Below, one piece after another: positions 48,996 through 62,080 of a DNA stretch of 64,000 bases. The position numbers and the translations under genes are program-made. The notes below the pieces were generated by a model that had not been told where the DNA came from, made no database searches, and was given only the letters and a program-made list of their open reading frames with translations. Numbering within the stretch: the first letter of the stretch is position 1; each line of letters opens with the position of its first letter. The stretch is taken from NCBI RefSeq assembly GCF_006345805.1, contig NC_042997.1, positions 198,772,001-198,836,000 of the forward strand. The letters are read 5' to 3'. The DNA comes from Octopus sinensis. Taxonomy: Eukaryota.

Positions 48996-49978
48996 ATTTT
49001 CTAAAGCTCGGTGTGCGCAATTGAAACATTAAATTAAATCGTCATCTGTATGTTATATTTGACATGTATACACCGTTAGAAGACATGGTGCTGTGGAATT
49101 GTTGGAGATAAAATCTTTTTAATCGACTCTGTCTTTTTCTCTTAAAAATATATCGTATTTTTAACGCAACAAATTTGTGAAGAAACTTTATTTCAGACAA
49201 TTCCACGGCATTAGGCCTGCAGACAGTGATTTTAAGGTTCATTATCCTTACGGTGGTCTTTATAATCGCCTATATTGCATAATTGATGAGTTTCCTATCC
49301 TTGACTTTATTCCTATTGGTTATTCTATTTAATTCTAGTGTAGAGAAATTGAGTTACAGAAGAGAAGTGGAGAAAGAGAATCGAGAATCTCTTTCAAAAA
49401 TATGGTTATTAGTGTTTATATTGCCAGGTATCATCCTCGTATTTTAGTTAGAATTGAATTATTAACAGTGACAACCAGAAACACTACTCCATCTTCGTGT
49501 CAAATAGAGATTGGTTTCGAGGAACGATCAACACCTGCTTTGGGACATTTCCAAGCAATCGGAGGAAATTCAAAAGGTAAAAAGAAAAGTCACCCTCCAA
49601 AGAAAAAAAAAAAAGTAAGGTAAACAGGATTGGAAAATAAGGACTCCAAGAAGGAACTATCTCTTCAGAACAACTATAATGCTCTTCCTTAATGAAGAGG
49701 AAAATGGCGAGAACGACAAACTGAGATTCGTCGTCTTCTTCCTGTGTTGACGAGAACCCAAAATGCTTCATGTTTAGTACCATTAATTTACATCTTGCTT
49801 TATTTCCTATGTTTGTACTATACTCTCTATTTATTTTTTTTTTTTTACAGTTTCTTATTTCAAATGGTCACCATGTCAACTATATAACATCTTAGTATTA
49901 TCTTTTACATTCCACACATCTTTGTAAACCATCCGCCATCTAAAAATGCGTGGCTTTTTCTGAAAATTAGAAATAATA

Positions 49979-50564
49979 GGCGCAGAGGAGTGGCTGTGTG
50001 GTAAAAAGCTTGCTTACCAGCCACATAGTTCCGGGTTCAGTCCCACTGTGTGGCACCTTGGGCAATTGTCTCCTACTATAGCCTCGGGCCGACCAAAGCC
50101 TTGAGAGTGGATTTGGTAGACGGAAACTGAAAGAAGCCCGTCGTGTATATGTAAATATATGAATGTGTCTGTGTGTTTGTGTGTCTTTGTAAGCCTAGTA
50201 CTTATTCTATCGGTCTCTTTTGCCGAACCGCTAAGTTACGGGGACGTAAACACACCAGCATCGGTTGTCAAGCGATGATGAGGACAAACACAGGTGTGTT
50301 TACGTCCCCGTAACTTAGCGGTTCGGCAAAAGAGACCGATAGAATAAGTACTAGGCTTACAAAGACACACAGACACATATATATATATATATACATATAC
50401 ACGACAGGCTTCTTTCAGTTTCTGCATACCAAATCCACTCTCAAGGCTTTGGTCGGCCCGAGGCTATAGTAGGAGACACTTGCCCAAGGTGCCACGCAGT
50501 GGGACTGAACCCGGAACCATGTGGTTGGTAAGCAAGCTACTTACCACACAGCCACTCCTGCACC
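49979..50564. repeat. Palindromic SINE A dimer (fold-back)
   Basis: Head(+)...head(-), with perfect 72-bp inner arms (50185-50256 and 50293-50364) and a 36-nt loop. Confidence 0.95.
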
Positions 50565-50731
50565 TCTGTGAACTTTCTATAATTATTTATCTCCGACTTT
50601 GCAACAATTTTATATCCAGATAATCATAATAGTAAAAAAAAATGTTTCTGTCCACATAAGCCCGTCTCTAAATGCAAAAAACTAAGTTGCCTATTTCTGT
50701 CCCTTGCAGCATTTTTGTTGTTATATTAATA

Positions 50732-51237
50732 CTAGCAGTATCGCCCGGCGTTGCTCGGGTTTGTAAGGGAAATAACTATATAAGCATTTTTAGAGAGTTA
50801 CTTCCCTTATAAATTCGGGCTTTCTTAGCCATTTTTGTTTTGGTGTCTTCAAGCCATGAAGTCGTTGTTCTAAAAGAGCGCTGGTTTCCTTCACAACGCA
50901 TTACGACGTTGATTTCTTTACACTCCCTTCCCCACAGCTTCACGAGGGAGGGAAGGGGGAGAAGCAAACAGGTGCAGCTGTGAGCGTGGACGCCAACTCC
51001 GCCGCCATCGACATACGATGCATTTTATGCATTAAAATGGAATAAAAAATGATGTTAAATTATTTTTAAAATCGTAGACTCATCGTTGACGCGCGCTAAT
51101 AGCCAGACGGGCTCGATATGAATCACGACTATAAGATACCCGAATTTGGTTAAACTGCACCGCAAAATGTGGGAGGAGTTAGGAATCTAAATCGAAGGGG
51201 ACAGACACTCACACAACTAGAGTTTTATATATATAGA
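50732..51237 (-). mobile_element. Non-autonomous Helitron, same family as 41788-42182
   Basis: Same TC 5' end, hairpin and CTAG 3' end, but a different internal segment. Confidence 0.92.
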
Positions 51238-52407
51238 TATGCCGCGAAAATTGATACTTCTGCTCTAAAACACGCAGGAATAATAAAACGTCCTGGCAGT
51301 GTATTTCCTTTATTGTTTTGATGTAAGAAATATCAACCAGAAAGATATAACTATTGTAACTTTATATTCATCAATTTTTCCTCCAGAATTATCAGAAAAT
51401 ATGAATTTGTAGTCTTCAGTAGTGTTAAACATATGAATGGCCTTGGAGCTAGTATATACCTACCATATAGTTGTTAGAAATAGTGCATGCGAGCAGAAAG
51501 ATGAAAAAAAAAATTGATATTAGGCTGTCCCTATTCGTATTTGAGATTCAGTGGTGATGGTTTTAAATTAAACGTTTTCCATCTACATTTTATACTATAT
51601 TGTGATTTAGATTTATTCGGATTGAAACGAATTTGGCACAAGAACATTCTGTGAAAATTTCTCACCTATGTTTCCCAATCTTGGATCGGATATTTTTTTG
51701 TCTTACTTGCTTTATATCATCATGTGTCGGCAATTCCCTCTTCTACACACATCTTATTAATACTGGAGGGCACAAAAAAATCGGTTAAATATTCCTCCTT
51801 ATGTTTTCTATTAACTCTCCTAACGCACTTATATGCAAATCATACGACTTCTGCTTGCTTGAAATCCCTTTTTTCCCCCCCATTTTCATATGATCCACAT
51901 GCACACAATCTATTTACATCACACCAGCCAAATTCCACATCCCTAATCAGAATTCTTACAAACATCTTCGAAGGGAATGGAAAGTACAGCTGGAACGTTG
52001 TTTCTTGAATCCGTATACAAAACTACAACATTCAACTGTACGAATTCCTAGCCAACAGCGAAAAGCTTTTATATCGACTTACATCAATAACATTGCTTAA
52101 ACTGTTTCTCAGTGGCGAAGTTTCTTTCCTAGGACCAGAAAATATATAAAATTGAATCCACATGAGAATAATATACTCGTATCAGCCGTGTAAAAGGCAC
52201 CTAATTTCGAAAAGCTGCAATCACAAGCCATCGCCAGAGTGCTTTGCTTGTCTCTCTGCTATTACAGTGATTTCAGGACTTCTGAATTCCAAAGTCATAG
52301 ATTTACTCACCTCTCTTAATCTTGTTTCCATATAATATTTTGTATATCAAACTCTGTATTAAATACCTCAACTGATCCTGGTTTCCAATGATGATAGCCT
52401 TCTGAAG

Positions 52408-52597
52408 GCGGCGAGCTGGCAGAAACGTTAGCACGCCTGGCGAAATGCTTAGCGGTATTTCGTCTGCCGTTACGTTGTGAGTTCAAATTCCACCAGGGTC
52501 GATAAATTAAGTACCAGTTATGCACTGGGGTCGATATAATCGACTTAATCCCTTTGTCTGTCCTTGTTTGTACCCTTGTGGGTAGTAAAGAAATAGG
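52408..52597 (+). mobile_element. SINE family C monomer with 13-bp TSD
   Basis: TAGCCTTCTGAAG at 52395-52407 and 52598-52610. Defines the natural 3' end AAAGAAATAGG. Confidence 0.9.
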
Positions 52598-53464
52598 TAG
52601 CCTTCTGAAGCTTCTTTTTAGCTAACGTAAAACCACTAAACACTAACCACATCAGACTGACTAACGTGTGAAGACTTGCAAAAGCTGTAGGCACTGCTCT
52701 GTGTTTTCGTGCAATGTTAAAATACTCAGGCACAGCACAGAAAAAATACTAAATTTTTTTCTGAAATTCTTATCAGTTTTCACTTCCATAAGATCCATTT
52801 TCAGGAATTTATTACTTCTGCATAATTATTTTACGTCACTACAAGACAATACATTTAAAGCGAAGATACTATTACAGACTAATAAAGTAACAGACATGCG
52901 TATTGCAGTTAAAAACAACTACGCTTCGTAAATTTTCATCCTGAAATTTCTTTCAAGTTAGAAATATTCTTTTAAAAACAAGCGAATTTTTTTTTTGTTT
53001 TGTTTGAAATGTTATTTTAGTGAAAATTAAATTATCCCACTTAATATCACAATATAACTGTAGTCTATATATCTATGTGATCTCACAATTAGAATTTCAA
53101 CTTTGCTTAGAAACTATAAAGTCAGACAAATTGACTCAATGCAGAGATGTCATAATTAACTTACCACGTCTTCTCTTGTACGTTGATTTGTTTACTTTTT
53201 TTCCCTTCACATTTATATAATGCTAAGATTCGATGCTTGGCTGTAACAAAGAAAACGTTTTTAAGTATCCATATTCTTTCAATAGGAAATATATATATAA
53301 AATATCTTCGTTTAGAAATGGTGGTTTATTGAGGTGGTTGAAATATTCCATTTGCAATATTTTCTTATTCCGGTGCAAAAGAATGAAAGGGAAAATCTGA
53401 AATTTTACTCCAGTTTGGTCTGTCTGCAGTTTTAAAAAACTAGGAAAGGGAATATTTTATTGCT

Positions 53465-53880
53465 AGAAATGTAACAATTTTAATAATAATGTATCAATAC
53501 CAGCAGATGACAACGTGTCTCTAAATGAAATGGAGAAACTTTCAAAATGCAAAGACCTGGAAATAGAGGTAACTAGAATGTGGAATCTAAAAACAGAAAC
53601 AATTCCTATCATAGTAGGCGCATTAGGCATGAAAAAAATATTCAGACATATACATAACAAAAACACCAGGACTTACAAACACATATAACATACAGAAAAT
53701 TGCACTACTTGGCACTGCACACATCCTACGCAGAACACTTTCAATACAGTAACCATCAGAGCATCACAACAAATCACAGCACATACCCAAGGCACACAGA
53801 GCTGCACTCGATAGTGAAGTGAAAGCACGCTATAAAAATAAAACTACTGAATAATAATAATAATGATAATAATAATAATG
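53465..53880 (+). mobile_element. R4/Dong LINE 3' end with (TAA)n tail
   Basis: IPADDNVSLNEMEKLSKCKDLEIEVTRMWNLKTETIPIIVGALG, then IQKIALLGTAHILRRTLSIQ*, a short UTR and (AAT)n. Confidence 0.92.
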
Positions 53881-54297
53881 AAATTATTGTATACAGTGCT
53901 CAGGTGCACCACAACTTGTCAAAAGTGCGTATAAAGTATATGCAGTAATGTACAAATGTCTGGAAAGCGAACAATGTATGAGTCAGATACATGCTTGTGT
54001 GGGTATGGAGGGGAGAAAATCAGGTGTAGTGTTGGCGAATTTTAGGGTAGCTGATGACGGGAATGCACACACCTTATGCTCGGTTGTGAATTTCTTACAT
54101 GTTACTCTCATTATTCTGGGTTGTTCTTCATTCTTATAAAGTGGAGAGTGTCTGTGGCTTCTTAGTCTGTGGAGATCGCTTACTTTCGTATTCTTTGAGT
54201 TTCTTCATACGTAATCTAATTAAGCTTGGTCAATGCTTAGATATTGGTGTCTAGTTTTGGGAGGTTGTGTGGCATATATATAAAAGAAATAAGCGTT

Positions 54298-54519
54298 ATT
54301 ACTCTTTTACTTGTTTCAGTCATTTGACAGCGGCCATGCTGGAGCACCGCCTTTAGTCGAGCAAATCGACCCCGGGACTTATTCTTTGTAAGCCCAGTAC
54401 TTATTCTATCGGTCTCTTTTGCCGAACCGCTAAGTGACGGGGACGTAAACACACCAGCATCGGTTGTCAAGCAATGCTAGGGGGACAAACACAGACACAC
54501 AAACATATACACACATACT

Positions 54520-54572
<53 letters not shown>

Positions 54573-54734
54573 GACGGGCTTCTTTCAGCTTCCGTCTACC
54601 AAATCCACTCACAAGGCATTGGTCGGCCCGGGGCTATAGCAGTAGACACTTGCCCAAGATGCCAGGCAGTGGGACTGAACCCGGAACCATGTAGTTGATT
54701 AGCAAGCTACTTACCACACAGCCACTCCTGCGCC
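54298..54734 (-). mobile_element. SINE family A, full length
   Basis: Near-consensus copy. Confidence 0.93.
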
Positions 54735-55663
54735 TATTGTTTATGTTCCTTATTTCAATATGTTGGAAGTTGCTTTTTATCGGTTTGGTGGAGCATGTTA
54801 TATCTGTGTCCTTCGCAGACTCTCCGAAGTCTGTGAAATTAATAACGTTATCGTTCCGCTTAAATTGTAGCAATCGACATTTAGCGAGGAAAATGGGAAT
54901 TTCTGAGAATTGACGTTCGGACGAATAAGGGATATATGTAATGGTTAATGTTTGTGGTGGAAATGAAACAATGTGACGAGAAGAGATGAGGAAAATTGGA
55001 AATCATTGAAATGGAAATGACATGAGGCCAACCAGTTCCATGGATCTCAAAGAAAAATCAGAAAAGGAGACAGCAGGTTTGTAGGCCAGATGCTGGTGTG
55101 CATTTGTGAGAGACATGCCAATTAGATGTGTATAGTCTCAGTAGGTGTGGTCAAGAATGTGTTTGTGTGCAGCACAATGTGGTAGCAGCAGTCTGTTGTG
55201 GAGTTTTGTTGAGGGTTGGTAGTTACTGGGAAGTATTTCCTAGCACTCAGGTGAAAGGCTGGCTAGGCTTTGCAGTTTTTCTATGTTGTATATTCACTAG
55301 GTAAGATACTCTATGAGTATTGTATATACACTAGGTGAGCTTTAGCATCCGAAATGATCATGAAATTTTTATTTTAGAGCAACTCGTGTTAATGGGTTTA
55401 AAGTCATGAACAGAGACTCAAGCAAGAACAGAGGCTCAAACTGGCCAGTAGTAACATGACGGAACAAAGTTAAGCCAAAATATGTTAATATAATTTATTA
55501 ATAATCCCCAGCAAACAAACAAAGGTTATTAAAGGAACACACCTTAATTAAAATTACAGAGACATGGAGGTGAGTAGTGATAGTATAAACGAGTATTTTG
55601 TAAACTGATTGCGGAGGAGGAGCGCCAAGCAGTGGTAAGTGAAATTACAATGTTATTATCAGT

Positions 55664-55998
55664 TCGAATATGCTTGGTGCACGTTCGAACTGGGCAACAA
55701 GCTACTCACTGCGTTTTGACATGGAGAATATATTTTGCTTGTTGACAAATAGTGTGCATACATCTAGATCGGCTCACAGCGCCATCTACCCAGACTGTGA
55801 GATGTATTTCAGAGTAGTTGTCTCCGTGACTGAAGAGATAACTACTCCGAAATGCTGGCATCTCACAGTCTAGGTAGGTGAAACTGCGTGCTGAGCTAGT
55901 TGTATACACACCATTTGTCTACCAGCGAGACATATTCTCTGTGACAAAACGCAGTGAGTAGCTTGTTGACTAGTTCGAACGTGCATCAAACATTTCGA
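55664..55998. mobile_element. Fold-back MITE-like imperfect palindrome of about 335 bp
   Basis: Arms pair along almost the whole length, with a loop of about 10 nt at about 55826-55835. Confidence 0.85.
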
Positions 55999-56741
55999 TT
56001 TGTGTACAGAATGTAGTATTGTTTAAGCAGTACAGTGATGTCAGCCCTGCGGTAATTTCACAGTTCTTAGTTTGGTTATAGATTCCAACTGTCTCTGCGA
56101 AAGCAGTTCACACAGAACCATTTTCTTTGAGAACTCTAAGAAAAGAAGAATCGCAAATTTAAAGCAAAATATTAGATTATAGCATGGCCGTACGTTAGAA
56201 GCCGGTATCGCAACCACATGGTTTCAGATGAAATCTCAGTATGTGGTTCCCTGGCTAAGTGTTTGCTGATAAAGTCTCGGGATTGAAATTTGTACGACGG
56301 ATTGGGTTACAAACCACGAATTCAGTATCCGGAACTAATGAAACATAACGACACAGAAACACGTGTCCAACGGTCCTATAGCGTCACATACAATCACTAT
56401 AAGGAGATTTCCTATACTGAGACAGTATTCACAGCAACGGTCATTCCACATTTAAGAGTACACGAACACCTATGTTGTTCAGTTACCGCTGATTAATGTG
56501 CCCTTATAAACCTATACAGGGTATGTGCGTGTGTATTGCGCCTATATCCGTGGTTACGTTTATATCTCGTGATCTAATGGTTCGACAAATATCGATAAAA
56601 TAAGCACTAGAAATAAAAGTACGAGCGACGATATGATGACTAAACAAATTTAGAAGACGGTGCCTCTGTATGACCGCAGCCCACTGACTGAAACTTGTAA
56701 AAGGGTAACTATATAATTGCATGCTTCAACTCATTTTAACA

Positions 56742-56858
56742 TTCTTCTTCTTCTTAATCCTTTTTGCCCCTTGTGGAGCATAGGGCCTCAACAGTTGTTT
56801 TCCACTTTTTGCGGTCCTTGGCGCATTTCTTGGCTGCTTCCCATGTCAGGCCGGTGGT
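56742..56858 (-). mobile_element. RTE-clade LINE 3' end with (GAA)n tail
   Basis: LTWEAAKKCAKDRKKWKTTVEALCSTRGKKD* followed by GAAGAAGAAG. Confidence 0.8.
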
Positions 56859-57975
56859 CCTCACCTCTATAGGAGAGTGGGAACACAGGCGGGAACCTTG
56901 ATATGAAAGCTGAAATAAATAGGTTTTCCTTCTGAGCTTTCCAAAGGCATGTCTGAGGAGGTAAAAATATTTTCGTCCTCTGTGCACCTTTTAATATAAC
57001 AACATAATAATAGCTTTCTAAAAGTTTCCACGTGTATCCCACACTCACACATTCTCCATAAACTACGAAACGTCAATCAGAGCCAGGTGCACTTGATTCG
57101 TAGTCAGTTCCCACTTTCTTGAAACTTTCTGCATGCACAATTTGATTTTAAACTATTTCCATTCTCCTCTTTTTCATCAATACCTAATAGCTTCAGGCGT
57201 CCAAATTTCCTATTTTGTATTTATTATAATCACCTTTCAATATATATAACATTTTGATAGCTACAATAAGAACATAAGCTTCAACCACTGACCCGGTGAG
57301 AAGAACTTCTCAAAGACACAATTGCTCGCTGAGACGTCATTAACGTTTACTCTTTAAAATCGATATCGAGTTCATAAATGCCATTCACAGAAGAAATTGA
57401 CTTTTGAAAGTCATTAAAATTAGTTTCGTTCAAATAAGCATGGACTTGTTTTCTATATCCTTGTTTATGTTGTCCATCTTCAGTTGTGGATCCTTTGATG
57501 GCAAACAGTGTAACTCGATTTCAGGACGGACATGTGAATATTAATTAGACTAGATACTAATTAATTGGCATGCATGCCTCCTTTTTGTTCACTTCTCTGC
57601 GCTAAGTGCGTTTCTACTTATCTTCATTTACACTTCATCACTGACAACGTCGATGGGGATGCCTCTCAATCTTAAAAATGCTGATGTTACATCTCTACAA
57701 CTTGGCCGGAACGTTAGTTGGTCTTTGAAGCACAATTCCTTTTAGTAATCGAGCAGTAAAGGATCCTACGGCAAAACGCAAGTAACAGACCCACTGTACG
57801 TTAATCCATATCAGTTGATGTTTGTATGTGCCCCATGTTTCTCACCTCTACAGGAGAGTGGAAACACAGGCGGGAACCTTGGTATGAAAGCTGAAATAAA
57901 TAGATTTTCCTTCTGAGCTGTCCAAAGGCATGTCTGAGGCGGTGAAAAATATTTTCGTCTTGTGTGCACCTTTTA
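56859..57975. repeat. Direct repeat pair of about 135 bp (56859-56993 and 57840-57975)
   Basis: High identity by eye, about 980 bp apart. Confidence 0.9.
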
Positions 57976-58101
57976 GAATTTATACTGCCTACATATCTGA
58001 ATTGTGAGGTTGTGGTTAGTTCATGTTGTACTTGTAGGGGAAAACAAAGGGCGATGCAGTGTGCCATCAATAGATGGCGACAATCATCTGGGAATTGACT
58101 G

Positions 58102-58462
58102 TCGTGGCACTCCGTCGGTTGCGACGAAGAAGGTTCCAGTTGATCTGATCAACGGAACATGCTGATCGTGAAATTAACATGCAAGTGGCTGAGCACTCCA
58201 CAGACACGTGTACCTTTAACGTAGTTCTCGGGGGGGATTCCGCGTGACACAGAGTGCGACAAGGCTGGCCTCTTTGAAATACAGGTACAACAGAAACAGG
58301 AAGTAAGTGCAAGTTGTGGTGAAAGAGTACACCATCCCCTGCCGGTCGTGGAGCTTTAGGTGTTTTCGTTCAACAAACACTCAGAACGCCCGGTCTAGGA
58401 ATTGAAACCGCGATCCTATGACCGCGAGTCCGCTACCCTAAAAACTGGGCCATTGCTCTTCC
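58102..58462 (-). mobile_element. SINE family B
   Basis: Homologous to 12462-12843. Confidence 0.85.
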
Positions 58463-58894
58463 ACTGTAGAGTAGTAGAATAATACCATAGATAATGTCTT
58501 CGATCTTATTGTATAATTCTTTTCTACTCTAGGCACAAGGCCCGAAATTTGGTGGGAGGGAAGAGGCCAGTCGATTAGATCGAGCCCAGTACACAACTGG
58601 TACTTAATTTATCGACCCCGAAAGGATGAAAGGCAAAGTCAACCTCCTCGAAATTTGAATCTTGTTCCATAATTAAGAATATTTCTTGACGTAATGTGAA
58701 GAATAGATAACTCTCAAGGAAGATAACAAGAGTCGCAACAAGGATATAATTGCTCTCTTAAGACTGCACATTTAGTACTATTTACGAAAACTTTTACACC
58801 ATTTAAAGAATCAAATGCTAAAAAGAAATTACAATTTTGAAATTGCTGCTTAACTGATTTGAAATTAACTCTAAAAGTACTAAAGGTACTTACT

Positions 58895-59630
58895 TTCTAT
58901 CGACCTGTTTTGCCGAACCGCTAAGTTACAGGGATGTAAATATGTGTGTGTGTGTATCTATGTATGTACGACTGGCTCCTTTCAGTTTCCGTCTACCAAA
59001 TGTTCTCAGAAGGCTCTGGTCGGCTCGTTGAAAAGAGACAGGAAACCATTTCAGTGTAAAGGTTTCATCTATAGTTTCAATTCACTACCGGCATTAAAAT
59101 ATCTTCTATCCGTTTCAGTCGAATTAATGGACCCCAGTACTTTAATTTTTTTTGAAGCTTGGTACTTATATTCTATCGATCACTTTGGCTGAACCGCTAA
59201 GTTACGGAGATGGAAATCCGCCAACACCGGCTATCTAGCAGTGATGGGGAACAAACACAGGCACAAAGATACACACAAACACACGTATGTATGTGTGTGT
59301 GTATATGCATGTGTGTGTATGCATGTGTGTGTATGTATGTGTGTGTATGCATGTGTATGTATGTGTGTATATGTGTGTATGTGTATGTGTGTGTATGTAT
59401 GTGTGTGTGTATGTATGTGTGTGTGTATGTATGTGTGTGTGTGTATGTATGTGTGCATGTATGTATTATGTAAGGCTTCTTTCAGTTTCCGTCTAGCAAA
59501 TGCATTCGCAAGGCTTTGGTCGGCCTGAGGTTATAGAAGAAGATACTTGCCCAAGGTACCACGCAAAAGACTGGACCCTGAACACTGTGCTTGGAAAGCA
59601 ACCTTCTTACTACTCATCCACGCCTGCGTC
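58895..59630 (-). mobile_element. SINE family A, partly duplicated, with expanded TG/TA microsatellite
   Basis: Body motifs occur twice; head at about 59540-59630. Confidence 0.75.
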
Positions 59631-60254
59631 TATAAACACACACACACACACACACTTTTTTGAAGATATTTTTTGAAGTATATTTTTTTAAATCTCATTT
59701 ACCTGATTTTTCATTTTCAAAAAAAAAAAAAAATCTAAATTAAGATAAAAATTAAAATGTGTGAGTCCAACGGTTTCAATGAGACAGAATAATAAATTTT
59801 ACTCATTAGCATAATAGCATTTAATGATAGTTTACTAATTGAGAAGCTATCGCTCAGGAAATTAATCTTCAAATCAATAAAACTTGACACGACACATTTT
59901 GTCATTATATCCTCATCGTACAGTTTCTTCTTACTTGTGAAAAGAAATGTTTAAAAAATAGAAATATAAATCAAATGATTTATGTGACTTAAAGATTGGA
60001 CGAAGGCGTAAACAAAGATATTTGTCGCTGTATAATGTATAATATACTGTGAAATATCGAGAGCGACGTCTTGACAGAAAGACACAAAGGAGTTTGAATG
60101 TTACAAAGAAAGGTTATGCGGTGGGGTGGACGGGGTTTTATGAAAGGCAAACCGAATAGGATGATGCAGCGTAGGAATCTCTTTAAGTCTCTGGAAGAGA
60201 GAGAGAAAGAGAGAGAGAGATTTCAGTAGAGAAAATGTTTGCTGTGTAGAAATA

Positions 60255-61121
60255 AGTAGTCTGATCAATAAGTATCCGGACTGTTCCCATAGTAACGAAG
60301 CTAAAGCACGCATAGTGAAGCCGGTTGGCACAGATTGACCATGAACTCTGCCGTGCATGCGCACTAAGATTTAATGTTCTATCTCACTTCCGCTGTTTAC
60401 AGCAGTGCTTGCAAGGAACGTGTGTAGCGTGTTATCGTCGCATTGACAATGACAGAGAAAGTTGACCAGAGAATCGGTATCAAGTTTTGCCAAAAGCTTA
60501 GCGATACCAGCTCAGAGGCCAAATCAATGTTTTCAAAAAGTTTTCATCGTTCTCGACACAACCAAGAACTTGTGCAACCGAAACCCGAGTGTCATTTTGG
60601 TCATTTGAAAGCAATTCTGGCACAAACTTGGCAAACACGTGTCTCATACTCAAATCTTCGGTGATAATGGACTGAACTGTAACGAATCTGCACATCCACT
60701 GATAACTCACGGATGGTGATTCAACGACTTCCCTCACAGTTGCGATGTTTTTCTCAGCTCTGTTGGTTGCAAGTCTCTCAGAACGTTCGTCAATATCGAT
60801 ATTTTTTCGGTCATCATGGAAACGGCTGAACCACTCGCACACTTGTGTGTGGCTCATACATTTCTCTCCATTCACTTTCTGCAACTTTGTGTTGGCCTCT
60901 GTGCGGGTATTGCCATGGCATCCTTTTCTATCATTGTCAATATGACAATCACACGCTACACCCCTTCCTTCCAAGCATTGTTGTAAACAGCGGAAGTGAG
61001 CTAGAAGGTTAAAACTGTGCGCATGCACAGCAGTGTTCAATGTCAATGTTTACCGAGCGGCATTACACTGCGTGCTTTAGCTTCGTTACTTATTGTCCCG
61101 ATACTTATTGATCAGATATCG
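60255..61121. mobile_element. Mariner derivative made of two left ends in inverted orientation
   Basis: About 260-bp inverted arms, each containing the TIR, 5' UTR and transposase start. The minus arm encodes the HTH region up to NDENFLKTLI and has no catalytic domain. TA on both flanks. Confidence 0.9.
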
Positions 61122-61189
61122 TATACTTCTTTTTCAGAGAGAAAGAATACTGAGATCATTTGCATCGTTGTCCAAAAGTTCTAGAGTTT

Positions 61190-61460
61190 TATAGCCGTGT
61201 GGTAAGAAGCTTGCTTACCAACCACATAGTTCCGGGTTCAGTCCCACTGCATGGCACTTTGGACGAGTGTCTTCTGCTATATCCTCGGGCCGACCAAAGC
61301 CTTGTGAGTGGATTTGGTAGACGGAAACTGAAAGAATCCCGTCGTATATAGGTGTATATATATATATGTTTGTGTGTCTGTGTTTGTCCTTCCAACATCA
61401 ATTGACAACCGGTGTTGGTGTGTTTACGTCCCCCGTAACTTAGTGGTGTTACAGCAGTCA
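61190..61460 (+). mobile_element. SINE family A, partial
   Basis: Head, core and internal microsatellite. Confidence 0.85.
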
Positions 61461-61879
61461 AAAAATCGAAAAAAGTAGGGATTTTCAGAGAAAAAAAGCA
61501 TCTTTTTGATGTAAATAATTTTTGGTGTTAACATGGTCCGATTTGAATTTTTTCTCCTACGAAAGGAAGAGCAGGCCTTCTTCTATCATACTCTCAATTT
61601 TTGTCAACTTGTGCCGCAGGGTCTCGGAGGAGATAGTGTTAGTTGAAGGCTACCAAACCTGCCATACACAGACAACTTCAGCTTTATATAGAGAGAGATT
61701 TCATAAAGATGTTAATTAATTTTTCATTTTATTTTCTTTTACGAAATTGACTGTTAGCGAATCATCAAATGCACTCTTTACTTATATCACGTGATCAACC
61801 AGACTATCGGATATTGCTGTCCATCGCTGGTCACAATGCGCTTTGCATCGTTTTAGCTTTCGAATGAGGCTAACCCACT

Positions 61880-62080
61880 GACTAATGTGTGCAGGCCAAC
61901 AGTCCTGCTAATAGGAAGGCTAGTCCGTCGCAGGGTGACGCATTGACCGCTGAGTGGACAGAAGCAACGTGAAATGAAGTGTTTTGCTCAAGAACACAAA
62001 GCGCAGCCGGTCTATGGATCGAAACCACGACCTCACGATTGTGAGTGCAACACGCCTAACCACTAGGCTACCGCCTTCAC
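61880..62080 (-). mobile_element. SINE family D, decayed
   Basis: CAACGTGAAATGAAGTGTTTTGCTCAAGAACAC motif. Confidence 0.75.

Noticed and set aside
51740-52000. Possible LINE C-terminal remnant
   Set aside because: Resemblance too degraded to call.
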